A stretch of 64,000 bases of DNA, taken from assembly GCA_963771275.1 (NCBI GenBank), contig CAVYSW010000010.1, forward strand, positions 480,001-544,000, given 5' to 3'. Made by a program: the position numbers and the translations under genes. Under the pieces are notes generated by a model, which searched no databases, was not told the origin of the DNA, and was given only the letters and a program-made list of their open reading frames with translations. How positions within the stretch are numbered: the first letter of the stretch is position 1; every line of letters begins with the position of its first letter. Of the stretch, positions 56,292 to 64,000 are shown one piece after another. The DNA is from an uncultured Gemmatimonadales bacterium. Lineage in GTDB: Bacteria > Gemmatimonadota > Gemmatimonadetes > Gemmatimonadales > GWC2-71-9.

Positions 56292-59119
56292 CAGTAGTTA
56301 AAGCCGAAGAAGAAGTCAACGAAGTTGCGGTTCCCTTGCAGCTGTGGCAGCGAGTAGGCGGCGTAGTTGCCCATGCTGAACCGCCATCCGATGTCGAGCC
56401 GCAGGACCAGCGCGTAGAACACCGGCATGCGGAGACCAAACCCCGCGCTCCCCAGCAGGCCGCGGGCCGTGGACTCCTTGGTCCACGCGCCACCCACATC
56501 CGTGAACAGCGCTCCCTGGACGCCGGGCAGCCGAATCTCGCCGAACGGAAAGCCGATCGCGAGGAAGTTCGACAGCGGGAACCGCAGCTCCTGATTCAGC
56601 ATCACGGCGCGCGTGCCGCCCACGTTGCCCAGGACGGGATAGCCGCGCAGCCCCCACGACCCGCCGATCGCGACCCGTCGGGGCCGACTGCCTTCCGAGA
56701 AGTAGCCGAACGCCCGCACCGCATATGCCGCCTGCGGGGCGATCCGGAGGTAGCGGCGCTCGTCGAGCATCACGAGCCAGGAATCGAACCGGCCGTTCGA
56801 CAGGTCGTTGGTGAGCCCCACGGTGACGTTGCGGCGCTCACCGTCGATTGGACCGGTGGGCAGCCACAGCGAGTTGTCCCGCACGAGACTCACGTACTGC
56901 GACGCGAGCCACCCGACGCGGCGGGGCTCCACGGGGTCGCCACCGACGAGATCGAACCGGTTCGAGTGCTCGAGCCGGAACTGGCCTTCCACCCTGGAGA
57001 AGCGCGAGAACGGCCAGCGCACCTCGGCGAAGCCCCCGCCCGCGGTCTCCTCGTAGACCGTTTCGAAGTCGCCCTCGTAGAACACGCCCCGGAACCGGAA
57101 CGCCCCCGCCCCCCAGTTGAGCCGCCGTTTCTGGTTCAGGTAGAAGGCGGTCCCGCTGAAGTTCTCGAGCAGGCTGCCGTACCCCGACTGCTGGAAGGAC
57201 GTGATGCTGAGAAACAGCAGGTGATCGTTGAGCAGGTCGGAGAACAGCAGCAGGGCTCCGGCGGCCGATCCCATGCCCGGCGCCAACGCGGCTTCGCCGC
57301 TTGCGAAATCGAGCGAGAACTTGCGCTCATACGGCGCGGGATCGGCGTGGGCGTAGCGATCCACGGCGAGCTCCGTCCAGCCCCATCCCGGGGGCAGCCG
57401 GTCGGGGGCGAGCGCAAACGTCGCGCCGTTCGGCACGCCCGGTTGGCGGGCGCGGAAGATGCCGAACGACAGCTCGTGGAAGCCCCCGTAGACCAGCGCA
57501 TGGTCGGACTCGATCCACTCCGGATCGAACGCACCGCTCAGGGTCTCCGTCTCCTGGCGCCCGACCCCGGTGGCATCCGCCGAGTAGATGTCGAACACGC
57601 CGCTGCGGTCGGACGAGAAGTAGATGCGGCCGTTCGACGCCCAGCGCGGCGTCTCGTCGCGCCAGCGCCCGTACGTCAGGTAGCTGATGCTGTCCGTCGC
57701 CACGTCGAGCAGGAAGAGGTTCAGCGCCCCGTCGGGGCCGAACGGTGTGCGATCGGACGCGAACACGAGCGTGCGGCCGTCGGGGCTGAACGACGGGTCG
57801 ACGTCCTGGAAGCGGTCTCGCGTGAGCGGCTCGAGTCGGCCGTCCGGCAGGCGCAACCGATAGAGGTCCGACACGCCGGACACGGTGAGGCCGCTGAACA
57901 CGATGCTCCGGCCGTCGGGGGCCCAGGTCGGCGACAGGATCGAGATCAAGTCGGGGAACTGGTAGCGACCCACGACGCGGCCACGGGGGAGGTCCCAGAT
58001 GAACAGCGCGTCGCGCTCGAGGTACTTGCTGGTGAACGCGGCCACCGTGTCGTGGACGTCGATGCGCGAGGCGAACGGGTGGAACGACTCGAACTGGGCG
58101 GAGCGCTCGCCTTTCACCACGGGATGGGCGGAGCCCGGGCGGTCGAGCGGCATGCCGTAAATCGCCATGTATCCGCTGCGCGGCGACAGGTACAGCAGCT
58201 GCGTCGCCGAGTCGCGCACCGTGCGATACGCCACCGGCTTGATGGCGAGCTCGGCGAGCTGCCACGCGGTCACCCCCATCGGCTCGCGCTCGCTCACCGC
58301 GGGGAAGTAGCGCTGGCGGAAGTAGTGCTGGTATCGCTCGTTCAGCTCGGCGATCGGCACGCCGTACACGCCCTCGAGGACTTCCGTGAAGCTCCCGTAT
58401 TTCCACAGCGTTCGGTAGAGCACCTGCACGCGCCAGTCGCCGAACTCGGTGGCCAGCCAGTGGTGGATGGCGCCGCCCAGGGGGTAGACGACGGAGCCGT
58501 AGATGAAGTTGAGCTGCTCCAGGGTCGGCAGGACCCCCGAGATGGTCAGCTCGCGGAGGATCATCTCGTCACGGGTATCCTCCCCACCCGACCACAGCTC
58601 CGCGAGCCCCTCGGTCCACCACAGCGGCAGGGCCGGGCGAAACCCACGCGGGTAGCGCTCGAACGCTTCGACCGCGACGCTCAGCTGGAAGGCGTGCACC
58701 ATCTCGTGTCGCAGGGTGTGCCGGAACTCGGCGTAATCGCCCTGGAACGGGATCATCACCCGCGAGCGCATGAACTCGGTGACGCCGAGGATGCCCTCCG
58801 GGGGCACGAACGGCAGCACGTTGGTCTGCTCGAAGTCCGTGTGGGACGCGTAGATGATCAGCGGGATGCGGCGCGGTGGTGTGTGGCCGAACTTCCGCTC
58901 GAGCACGTCGAAGCTCTCTTCGGCGTACGCGAGCCCGACGCGCGCGATCTGGTCCTCTTCGGGATAGAAATACAGATCGACGTGCTCGCCGCGGAGCACC
59001 TGCCAGGCGAAGTCCTTGAACTGGATCTTGTTCTGCCCGAAGTAGTTCAGCTGTGCGGGCGACGTTCGCGGAGCCAGGGCCGCGAGCGTCGCGAGCAGCA
59101 CCAGGGCGGCGTGGCGCAT
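56291..59119 (-). CDS. POTRA-less Omp85-family protein: gluzincin peptidase-like domain + PD40 propeller + barrel
   Basis: YFGQNKIQ, HEMVH...EGLAE, SPTWAPDG / DPSFSPDG repeats, LRGY, LRLDIGW, C-terminal FFFGFNY. Confidence 0.85.
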   Translation of the reverse strand: MRHAALVLLATLAALAPRTSPAQLNYFGQNKIQFKDFAWQVLRGEHVDLYFYPEEDQIARVGLAYAEESFDVLERKFGHTPPRRIPLIIYASHTDFEQTNVLPFVPPEGILGVTEFMRSRVMIPFQGDYAEFRHTLRHEMVHAFQLSVAVEAFERYPRGFRPALPLWWTEGLAELWSGGEDTRDEMILRELTISGVLPTLEQLNFIYGSVVYPLGGAIHHWLATEFGDWRVQVLYRTLWKYGSFTEVLEGVYGVPIAELNERYQHYFRQRYFPAVSEREPMGVTAWQLAELAIKPVAYRTVRDSATQLLYLSPRSGYMAIYGMPLDRPGSAHPVVKGERSAQFESFHPFASRIDVHDTVAAFTSKYLERDALFIWDLPRGRVVGRYQFPDLISILSPTWAPDGRSIVFSGLTVSGVSDLYRLRLPDGRLEPLTRDRFQDVDPSFSPDGRTLVFASDRTPFGPDGALNLFLLDVATDSISYLTYGRWRDETPRWASNGRIYFSSDRSGVFDIYSADATGVGRQETETLSGAFDPEWIESDHALVYGGFHELSFGIFRARQPGVPNGATFALAPDRLPPGWGWTELAVDRYAHADPAPYERKFSLDFASGEAALAPGMGSAAGALLLFSDLLNDHLLFLSITSFQQSGYGSLLENFSGTAFYLNQKRRLNWGAGAFRFRGVFYEGDFETVYEETAGGGFAEVRWPFSRFSRVEGQFRLEHSNRFDLVGGDPVEPRRVGWLASQYVSLVRDNSLWLPTGPIDGERRNVTVGLTNDLSNGRFDSWLVMLDERRYLRIAPQAAYAVRAFGYFSEGSRPRRVAIGGSWGLRGYPVLGNVGGTRAVMLNQELRFPLSNFLAIGFPFGEIRLPGVQGALFTDVGGAWTKESTARGLLGSAGFGLRMPVFYALVLRLDIGWRFSMGNYAAYSLPQLQGNRNFVDFFFGFNY

Positions 59120-59125
59120 GGTCCC

Positions 59126-61204
59126 TTAGGGCCGGCGGATGGTCCGGATCCGGTCGCCCTGCGTGATCAGGTCGACCACCTCCATGCCGGAGATTACCCG
59201 CCCAATGACCGTAAAGGTTCCGTCGAGGTGGGGCTGCGGGCTCAGCGTGACGAAGAACTGGCTCCCGCCGGTGTCCGGTCCGGACAGGGCGATGCCGACC
59301 GAGCCCTGCTGAAACCGGTTGCGATTGACCTCGTCGCGCAGGGTGAAGCCCGGCCCGCCCCAGCCGTCGCCGCGCGGGTCGCCGTCCTGAATCACGAAGT
59401 TCGGCACGACGCGGTGCCAGGTGCCCCCGTCGAACACCCGCTGATCCACCAGTTGGAGGAACGCGCTCACCGTGAGCGGCGCGTCGGCGGCGAACAGATC
59501 GATCGTCAGCCGTCCCCGGTCGGTGTCCACGATGATGCTCTGCGTGCCCCCGCCGGCGAGATAGCGCCGGGCAATGCCGCGGTAGTCCTCGAAGCCGCGT
59601 CCGGTTGCGATCGGCGTGGGAGGGCCCCAGCGTCGCGCGGCCGCGGGGAACCGCTCCTGCGCCGCGCGTTTCACCAGGTAGTCGGTGCTCGCCGGGACCC
59701 GCGTCAGGAACCGGTCCTCGACCGCGATGCGCTCGGCGAAGCCCTGCTCGGAGATGCGCCCCAGCGCCGCCACGATGGCGATGCGGGCGTCCGGGATCGA
59801 GTCGCGCAGCGCGAGGCGGTAGCCGGCCACCAGCCGGTCGATGTCGGCCGGGTTGGCCGCGGCACCGAGCCGCTCCGCCGCCAGGGCGCGGACCACGGCG
59901 TCCGCGCGCGTGATGAGCTGACGGGACCAGACGGTGGCGGAATCGGGGCCCACGGCCGTGAGGCTGGTGAGGGCCACGGCCGCGACGCGGGGATCCTGGT
60001 CCTGGGTGAGGTACGTGAGCCACGGGATGACCGTGTCGCGGGCGATGTAGCCCAGCGCTTCGGCGCCCGCGGCGCGCTCCCGCCATTCCGGGTTGCTCAG
60101 CCACTCGGCGATCACGTCGAGCGCCGCGACGCCGGCGGTGCGGGCCAGACCGATCAGGGCCGCCCGGCGCACGGCGTAGGGCCTGCCGCCCACCAGATCC
60201 CGCAGTGCCGCGATCGCTGCGCCCCCGCCCAGCTCGCCGAGCGCCGTGACGGCCTGCACCCGCACGTTGAGGTCCTCGTCGGCGAGCCGATCGCGAACGG
60301 CGGGGACCAGGCTGCTGTCCCGGTAGCTGCCGAGCGCGCGGAGCGCGTTGATCCTGACGTGCGCGTTGTCGTCGCCGACCAGGCGACGCACGCGGGCCGC
60401 GAGCGCGGTGCGCTCCAGTCCCGCCGTGTCGGCGTACGGAGCCGTCAGGGCGCGGACGGCGTAGCCGCGCGCGTCCTCGTCGGGGTCACCGGTCGCGCCA
60501 AGCAGGACGTCCGCCGCGCGCGGCGCGCGCAGCCGGGCGAGCGAGTAGATGGCGCCGATCTTCGCGTGTCGCACGGGAGAAACGGCGAAGTCGAGCATCT
60601 GTTCCACGGGCGCGTCGGCGCCAAGCCGCCAGGCCTCGTTCAGGGCGACGTCCACCGCCAGCGGGGGCGCGGCACTTGCGGCGCGCGCGGCCCACGGCCC
60701 GAGCAGCTCGCGGAACACGGCGGCTGCCTCCGCGCCGCCCAGCTTGGCGATCGCGGTCACCGCCTCGGCGTGCACGTCGTTTTGCCGTTCGGCTGCCGTA
60801 TTGACGACGAGCTCCCGCAGCGCCGGGAGCGCCCGCGGATCCCGCAGCAGGCCGAGCGCGAACGCGGCCTCCCGCTGCACCGTGCTGTCGGGATCCTGCA
60901 GCAGCTCGAGCAGCAGGTCGGTCCCCTGGAAGTCCCCGATGTGACCGACGGCCCGCGCCGTCACGCGGCGCACCAGCGGGTCGGGATGCCGGGCCGCACC
61001 GTCGAGGACCGCGGCATTGAACTGCCTCGCGTCTTCCGCTTGGAGGATCGACGCCAGCACCTCGACGATCGCCGGGTCTTGCGCGGCCGCGACGCGGGGC
61101 GGCAGCGCCAGCGCCACCAGCACGGCGATGCGCCTACAGCCGGACGGGATCCGCAACTTTCCTGAGTACCGACCGGATATCCGCAGGAATCGTGGTGATC
61201 GCAT
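59126..61204 (-). CDS. Exported HEAT-repeat protein fused to a cyclophilin-type PPIase (start uncertain)
   Basis: Repeated D.D..VR..A..ALG; HRVVPNFVIQDGDP, DTGGSQFF, PHLDG.FTV.GRV..GM. Confidence 0.88.
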   Translation of the reverse strand: MRSPRFLRISGRYSGKLRIPSGCRRIAVLVALALPPRVAAAQDPAIVEVLASILQAEDARQFNAAVLDGAARHPDPLVRRVTARAVGHIGDFQGTDLLLELLQDPDSTVQREAAFALGLLRDPRALPALRELVVNTAAERQNDVHAEAVTAIAKLGGAEAAAVFRELLGPWAARAASAAPPLAVDVALNEAWRLGADAPVEQMLDFAVSPVRHAKIGAIYSLARLRAPRAADVLLGATGDPDEDARGYAVRALTAPYADTAGLERTALAARVRRLVGDDNAHVRINALRALGSYRDSSLVPAVRDRLADEDLNVRVQAVTALGELGGGAAIAALRDLVGGRPYAVRRAALIGLARTAGVAALDVIAEWLSNPEWRERAAGAEALGYIARDTVIPWLTYLTQDQDPRVAAVALTSLTAVGPDSATVWSRQLITRADAVVRALAAERLGAAANPADIDRLVAGYRLALRDSIPDARIAIVAALGRISEQGFAERIAVEDRFLTRVPASTDYLVKRAAQERFPAAARRWGPPTPIATGRGFEDYRGIARRYLAGGGTQSIIVDTDRGRLTIDLFAADAPLTVSAFLQLVDQRVFDGGTWHRVVPNFVIQDGDPRGDGWGGPGFTLRDEVNRNRFQQGSVGIALSGPDTGGSQFFVTLSPQPHLDGTFTVIGRVISGMEVVDLITQGDRIRTIRRP

Positions 61205-61556
61205 GGTTCTCGTCCAAGGCGATGAGCGCGGTGCGTGCCGTCGCGACCGTGCGGGCCTCCTCCGGCCGCTCCATCAGGTACCCGAACTCCACACCGCGGC
61301 TCGAGACGTCGCGCACCCAGCAGCGAATGCGCACGCGGTCGTCGTACCGCGCGGGTGACCGGTAGCGGACCTGAGCCTCCACGACCACCAGGCGGAAGCC
61401 GCGTTCCTCGAGGCCCCGGTAGCTCACCGAGCGCTCGCGCAGGTACTCGGTGCGCGCGACGTCACACCAGACGAGGTAGTTGGCGTGGTACGCCACACCC
61501 ATCTGGTCGGTTTCCGCGTACCGGACCGTGATCTCGGAGGTGGAGAATGGGTTCAC
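61134..61556 (-). CDS. YbgC/FadM-family acyl-CoA thioesterase
   Basis: VRYAETDQMGVAYHANYL..C..AR, PARYDD. Confidence 0.9.
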   Translation of the reverse strand: MNPFSTSEITVRYAETDQMGVAYHANYLVWCDVARTEYLRERSVSYRGLEERGFRLVVVEAQVRYRSPARYDDRVRIRCWVRDVSSRGVEFGYLMERPEEARTVATARTALIALDENHAITTIPADIRSVLRKVADPVRL

Positions 61557-61585
61557 GGGGCGCGTGGCGTCGGTCGGGTCCTCAC

Positions 61586-61593
61586 AATATACT
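61586..61593. promoter_or_regulatory. Overlapping bidirectional -10 element
   Basis: AATATACT gives TATACT on plus and TATATT on minus in the 43-bp divergent gap. Confidence 0.5.
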
Positions 61594-61599
61594 GCGCCC

Positions 61600-62331
61600 G
61601 TGCCGCACGACACGGTGGTGGTCGTTTCCGACGCGCATTTGGGCCCCGACGCCGCGGCCGCGACGGCCGCGTTCCTGCGGTTTCTCGACGCGGTGCCCGA
61701 CCTGGGGCGTCATCTCGTGATCAACGGGGACCTGTTCGAGTTCTGGTTCGAATATGCGACGGTGATTCCGCGCCATGCCTTCCCGGTGCTCGCGGCGCTG
61801 GAGCGGGTCCGGCGCGCGGGGGTCGCGCTCACCCTGACCGGCGGGAATCACGATCGCTGGGGCGGCGCGTTCTGGGGCACGCAGCTCGGGGCCGCGTTCC
61901 ATCCCGCCGGGGCGTCGCTGACCCTCGCCGGCCGCCGGGCGCTCGTGATCCACGGCGACGGCGTTGCCGAGCAGCGCCGCGCCGCGCGCGCGTTACACGC
62001 CGTCACCCGATGGGCGCCGACGGCGACCCTGTTCCGGTGGCTGCATCCCGACCTCGGCATCCGGCTGGTCGGCGTGATGTCGGGCGTCCTGGCCGCGGAC
62101 ACCGGGGATCCCGCGACGATCGACCGCGCCGCGGGCGCGCAGGCCGCCTGGGCGCGGGACTATCTCGCCGCCCATCCCGACATCGAGCTGCTGGTGCTGG
62201 GGCACACGCACCGGCCCGCGCTCGAGGCGGCGGGACCCGGGCGCTGGTATCTCAATCCGGGCGCCTGGTTCGACGGCGGTCGCCATGCCGTGATCACCGC
62301 CGACGGGCCGGAGCTCCGCAGGTTCGGCTAG
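61600..62331 (+). CDS. lpxH: UDP-2,3-diacylglucosamine hydrolase (LpxH-like metallophosphoesterase)
   Basis: SDAHLG, GDLFEFW, GNHD, HGD, GHTH, NPG.W. Confidence 0.85.
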   Translation: MPHDTVVVVSDAHLGPDAAAATAAFLRFLDAVPDLGRHLVINGDLFEFWFEYATVIPRHAFPVLAALERVRRAGVALTLTGGNHDRWGGAFWGTQLGAAFHPAGASLTLAGRRALVIHGDGVAEQRRAARALHAVTRWAPTATLFRWLHPDLGIRLVGVMSGVLAADTGDPATIDRAAGAQAAWARDYLAAHPDIELLVLGHTHRPALEAAGPGRWYLNPGAWFDGGRHAVITADGPELRRFG

Positions 62332-62423
62332 GGCCGTTCCAACTCGTTGGAGCCGTTCCTCGAGAGGAACCAGGCCAGCAATCCGGCGGCCCGATCCACT
62401 GGGTGCGCGAGGTTGGAACGGTC

Positions 62424-62912
62424 CTAGGGCGGGATCCGGACCCGGAGCCCGATGCCGACTGCCCCAGACGGCAGCGGGCGGGTGTCGAGCTCCACCGGAA
62501 AATCCCACAGATACGCGGACACGTACGCTTCGGCGCCCGCGACCAGGTGGTTGAACGCGAGGAGCACGGCCCAGTCCTGGACCTCCTGCTTCTTGGCGCG
62601 GAGCCGCGCCGAGTCGCCGATGGCCTCGATGTAGTGGACCTGGTGGGCCGCTTTGAGGGTCATCGTCAGCGTGACGCCCTCCCACACCACGAAGAACGCG
62701 CCGGTCGCGCGCCGGCCCAGGACGGCCTGACCCCACCCCGGGAGAACCAACGAGCGCGCGAACGCACCGAGCGGCGAGATCGGCGGAGCGATGCGGAACG
62801 GGGGGATCTTGACGGTATCAGCGGCCCGTGTCGTATCCGACGGCCTGCGACTGATCGGGACGGGGACCTGGGCCTGCGCCGCGCCGGCCACGAGCACGAG
62901 GCTGGCGAGCAC
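62424..62912 (-). CDS. Exported membrane protein, DUF5683-like (frame is open back to 63068)
   Basis: AQA signal cleavage, SP..AF.RSLVLPGWGQ, NHLVAGAEAYVSA.LWDF. Confidence 0.7.
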   Translation of the reverse strand: MLASLVLVAGAAQAQVPVPISRRPSDTTRAADTVKIPPFRIAPPISPLGAFARSLVLPGWGQAVLGRRATGAFFVVWEGVTLTMTLKAAHQVHYIEAIGDSARLRAKKQEVQDWAVLLAFNHLVAGAEAYVSAYLWDFPVELDTRPLPSGAVGIGLRVRIPP

Positions 62913-62959
62913 CGCTGCTAATGGCGGGGCCGCGCCTGATCGCGGAGCGCGCCGGGGGG

Positions 62960-63056
62960 TGGCGGGAGCGTGTGGGAATCGAACCCACCGGAGCCGCCAA
63001 TGGCGCCTCCCAACGGTTTTGAAGACCGCGCGGGACACCAGCCCCAATCCACCCCC
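62960..63056 (-). tRNA. selC: tRNA-Sec(UCA)
   Basis: Anticodon loop CTTCAAA, 6-bp D-stem with TGGT loop, long variable arm, G73 and encoded CCA; 97 nt. Confidence 0.93.
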
Positions 63057-63064
63057 CCGAGGCG

Positions 63065-63457
63065 TCACACCAGCGCCACGAGATCGATTTCGACCCGCGC
63101 GTTCTTGGGCAGAGTCTTCACCGCCACCGTGGAACGGGCCGGCCGGTGCGCCCCGAACTCGCGCGCGTACACCTCGTTCATGGCGGGGAAATCCGCCATC
63201 TCCGCCAGATACACCGTGGCCTTCACGACGCGGTCCAGGCTCGAGCCGGCGGCGGTGAGAATCGCGCGCAGATTCCCGAACACGCGCGCGGTCTGCGCAC
63301 CGATGTCCCCGTCGACCAGCTCCATCGTCTTGGGGTCCAGGGCCACCTGTCCGGCGGTGTAGACGAATCCGCCGGCGATGATACCCTGGCTGTACGGCCC
63401 GATCGCGGACGGTGCGCCCGGGGTCGCGACGGTCTGCATGCTTGCGGCCTTCATCAT
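63065..63457 (-). CDS. ridA: RidA (YjgF) enamine/imine deaminase
   Basis: APSAIGPYSQG, AGQ, MNEVY, PARS, VEID. Confidence 0.93.
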   Translation of the reverse strand: MMKAASMQTVATPGAPSAIGPYSQGIIAGGFVYTAGQVALDPKTMELVDGDIGAQTARVFGNLRAILTAAGSSLDRVVKATVYLAEMADFPAMNEVYAREFGAHRPARSTVAVKTLPKNARVEIDLVALV

Positions 63458-64000
63458 CAGAAGAGTCCCTCGATGGTGCCGTCCCCGTGCAGCCGGATCC
63501 GCTCCGCGGCGGGCGACTTGCTGAGGCCCGGCATGGTCATGATGTCGCCGGCGAGCGCTACGACGAAGCCGGCCCCTGCCGACGGGTACATGTCGCGGAT
63601 CGTGATGCGGAATCCGCGCGGCGCCGCCAGCAGCGCAGGGTTGTCACTGAACGAATACTGGGTCTTGGCGATGCACACCGGTGTCTCCCCCAGCCCGAAG
63701 TCGGCCAGCTGCTTCATGGCGCGCTCCGCCGGCGGCATGAAATCGACGCCATCGGCGCGGTAGATCCGCTGCGCGACGATCTCGATCTTCTCCCGGATGG
63801 GGAGCTTCACGTCGTACAACGGGGTGAACTTCGCCCCGCCCCGCTTGAGGGTGGCGAGCAGCAGGTCCGCCAGCTCCACGCCCCCGGCCCCGCCCTTTTC
63901 CCAGACCTCCGTCAGGGCGACCGGCACCTTGAGTGCCGCGCAGCCGTGACGGACGACGTCGAGCTCCGCGTCGCCATCGGTTACGAACCGGTTGAGCGAC
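63457..64000 (-). CDS. fhs: Formate-tetrahydrofolate ligase, C-terminal part
   Basis: NRF.TD, WEKGGAGG, PVCIAKTQYSFSDNP, AGAGFVV, IMTMPGL, GLF end. Confidence 0.95.
   Translation of the reverse strand, partial: SLNRFVTDGDAELDVVRHGCAALKVPVALTEVWEKGGAGGVELADLLLATLKRGGAKFTPLYDVKLPIREKIEIVAQRIYRADGVDFMPPAERAMKQLADFGLGETPVCIAKTQYSFSDNPALLAAPRGFRITIRDMYPSAGAGFVVALAGDIMTMPGLSKSPAAERIRLHGDGTIEGLF

Noticed and set aside
56279..61165. 1628-aa plus-strand ORF and similar long antisense ORFs (e.g. 8249-10666)
   Set aside because: Shadow frames opposite well-supported genes in high-GC DNA; no recognisable motifs

Overview
This is a very GC-rich bacterial chromosome segment, most likely Gemmatimonadota (16S signature stretches plus gene content; inferred by eye, not searched). 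From 1 to 27.3 kb the minus strand carries a near-continuous run of genes: hypABFCDE, era, trm112, a PorV-like barrel, a DUF5683-like gene, a REC-GGDEF, a Zn-ribbon gene, then prfB (+1 frameshift)-lysS-lolC/E-lolD-mcsA-mcsB-clpC-bamA-skp-lpxD-lpxC/fabZ-lpxA-lpxB-lpxJ-lpxK. A complete tRNA-less 16S-23S-5S operon lies at 28.5-33.6 kb. The accessory middle (33.6-53 kb) holds a PAS-PAS-PAS-pseudoreceiver gene behind a sigma54-type promoter, a deaminase-mtnA-aldolase salvage operon, a lipid kinase in frame with a GRAM domain, tRNA-Arg, a Ser/Thr kinase with Ig domains, an operon of degenerate GGDEF + OM barrel + about 1060-aa BACON-repeat lipoprotein, ackA, tRNA-Pro, a Rieske oxygenase and cysE-cysK. 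The right end has rdgB, rph, lptE, a LolB-like lipoprotein, a peptidase/PD40/Omp85 protein, a HEAT-cyclophilin, a thioesterase, lpxH, tRNA-Sec, ridA and fhs. The best novel candidate is an unannotated Cys-rich leader peptide (6 Cys in 38 codons) with alternative hairpins upstream of cysE-cysK, suggesting cysteine-sensing attenuation; its UGA stop is in frame with cysE. Also notable: a HypA lacking the entire Zn finger, the c-di-GMP-receptor/barrel/adhesin module, and an ORF that reads through tRNA-Sec. All protein family calls come from motif recognition, without database searches.
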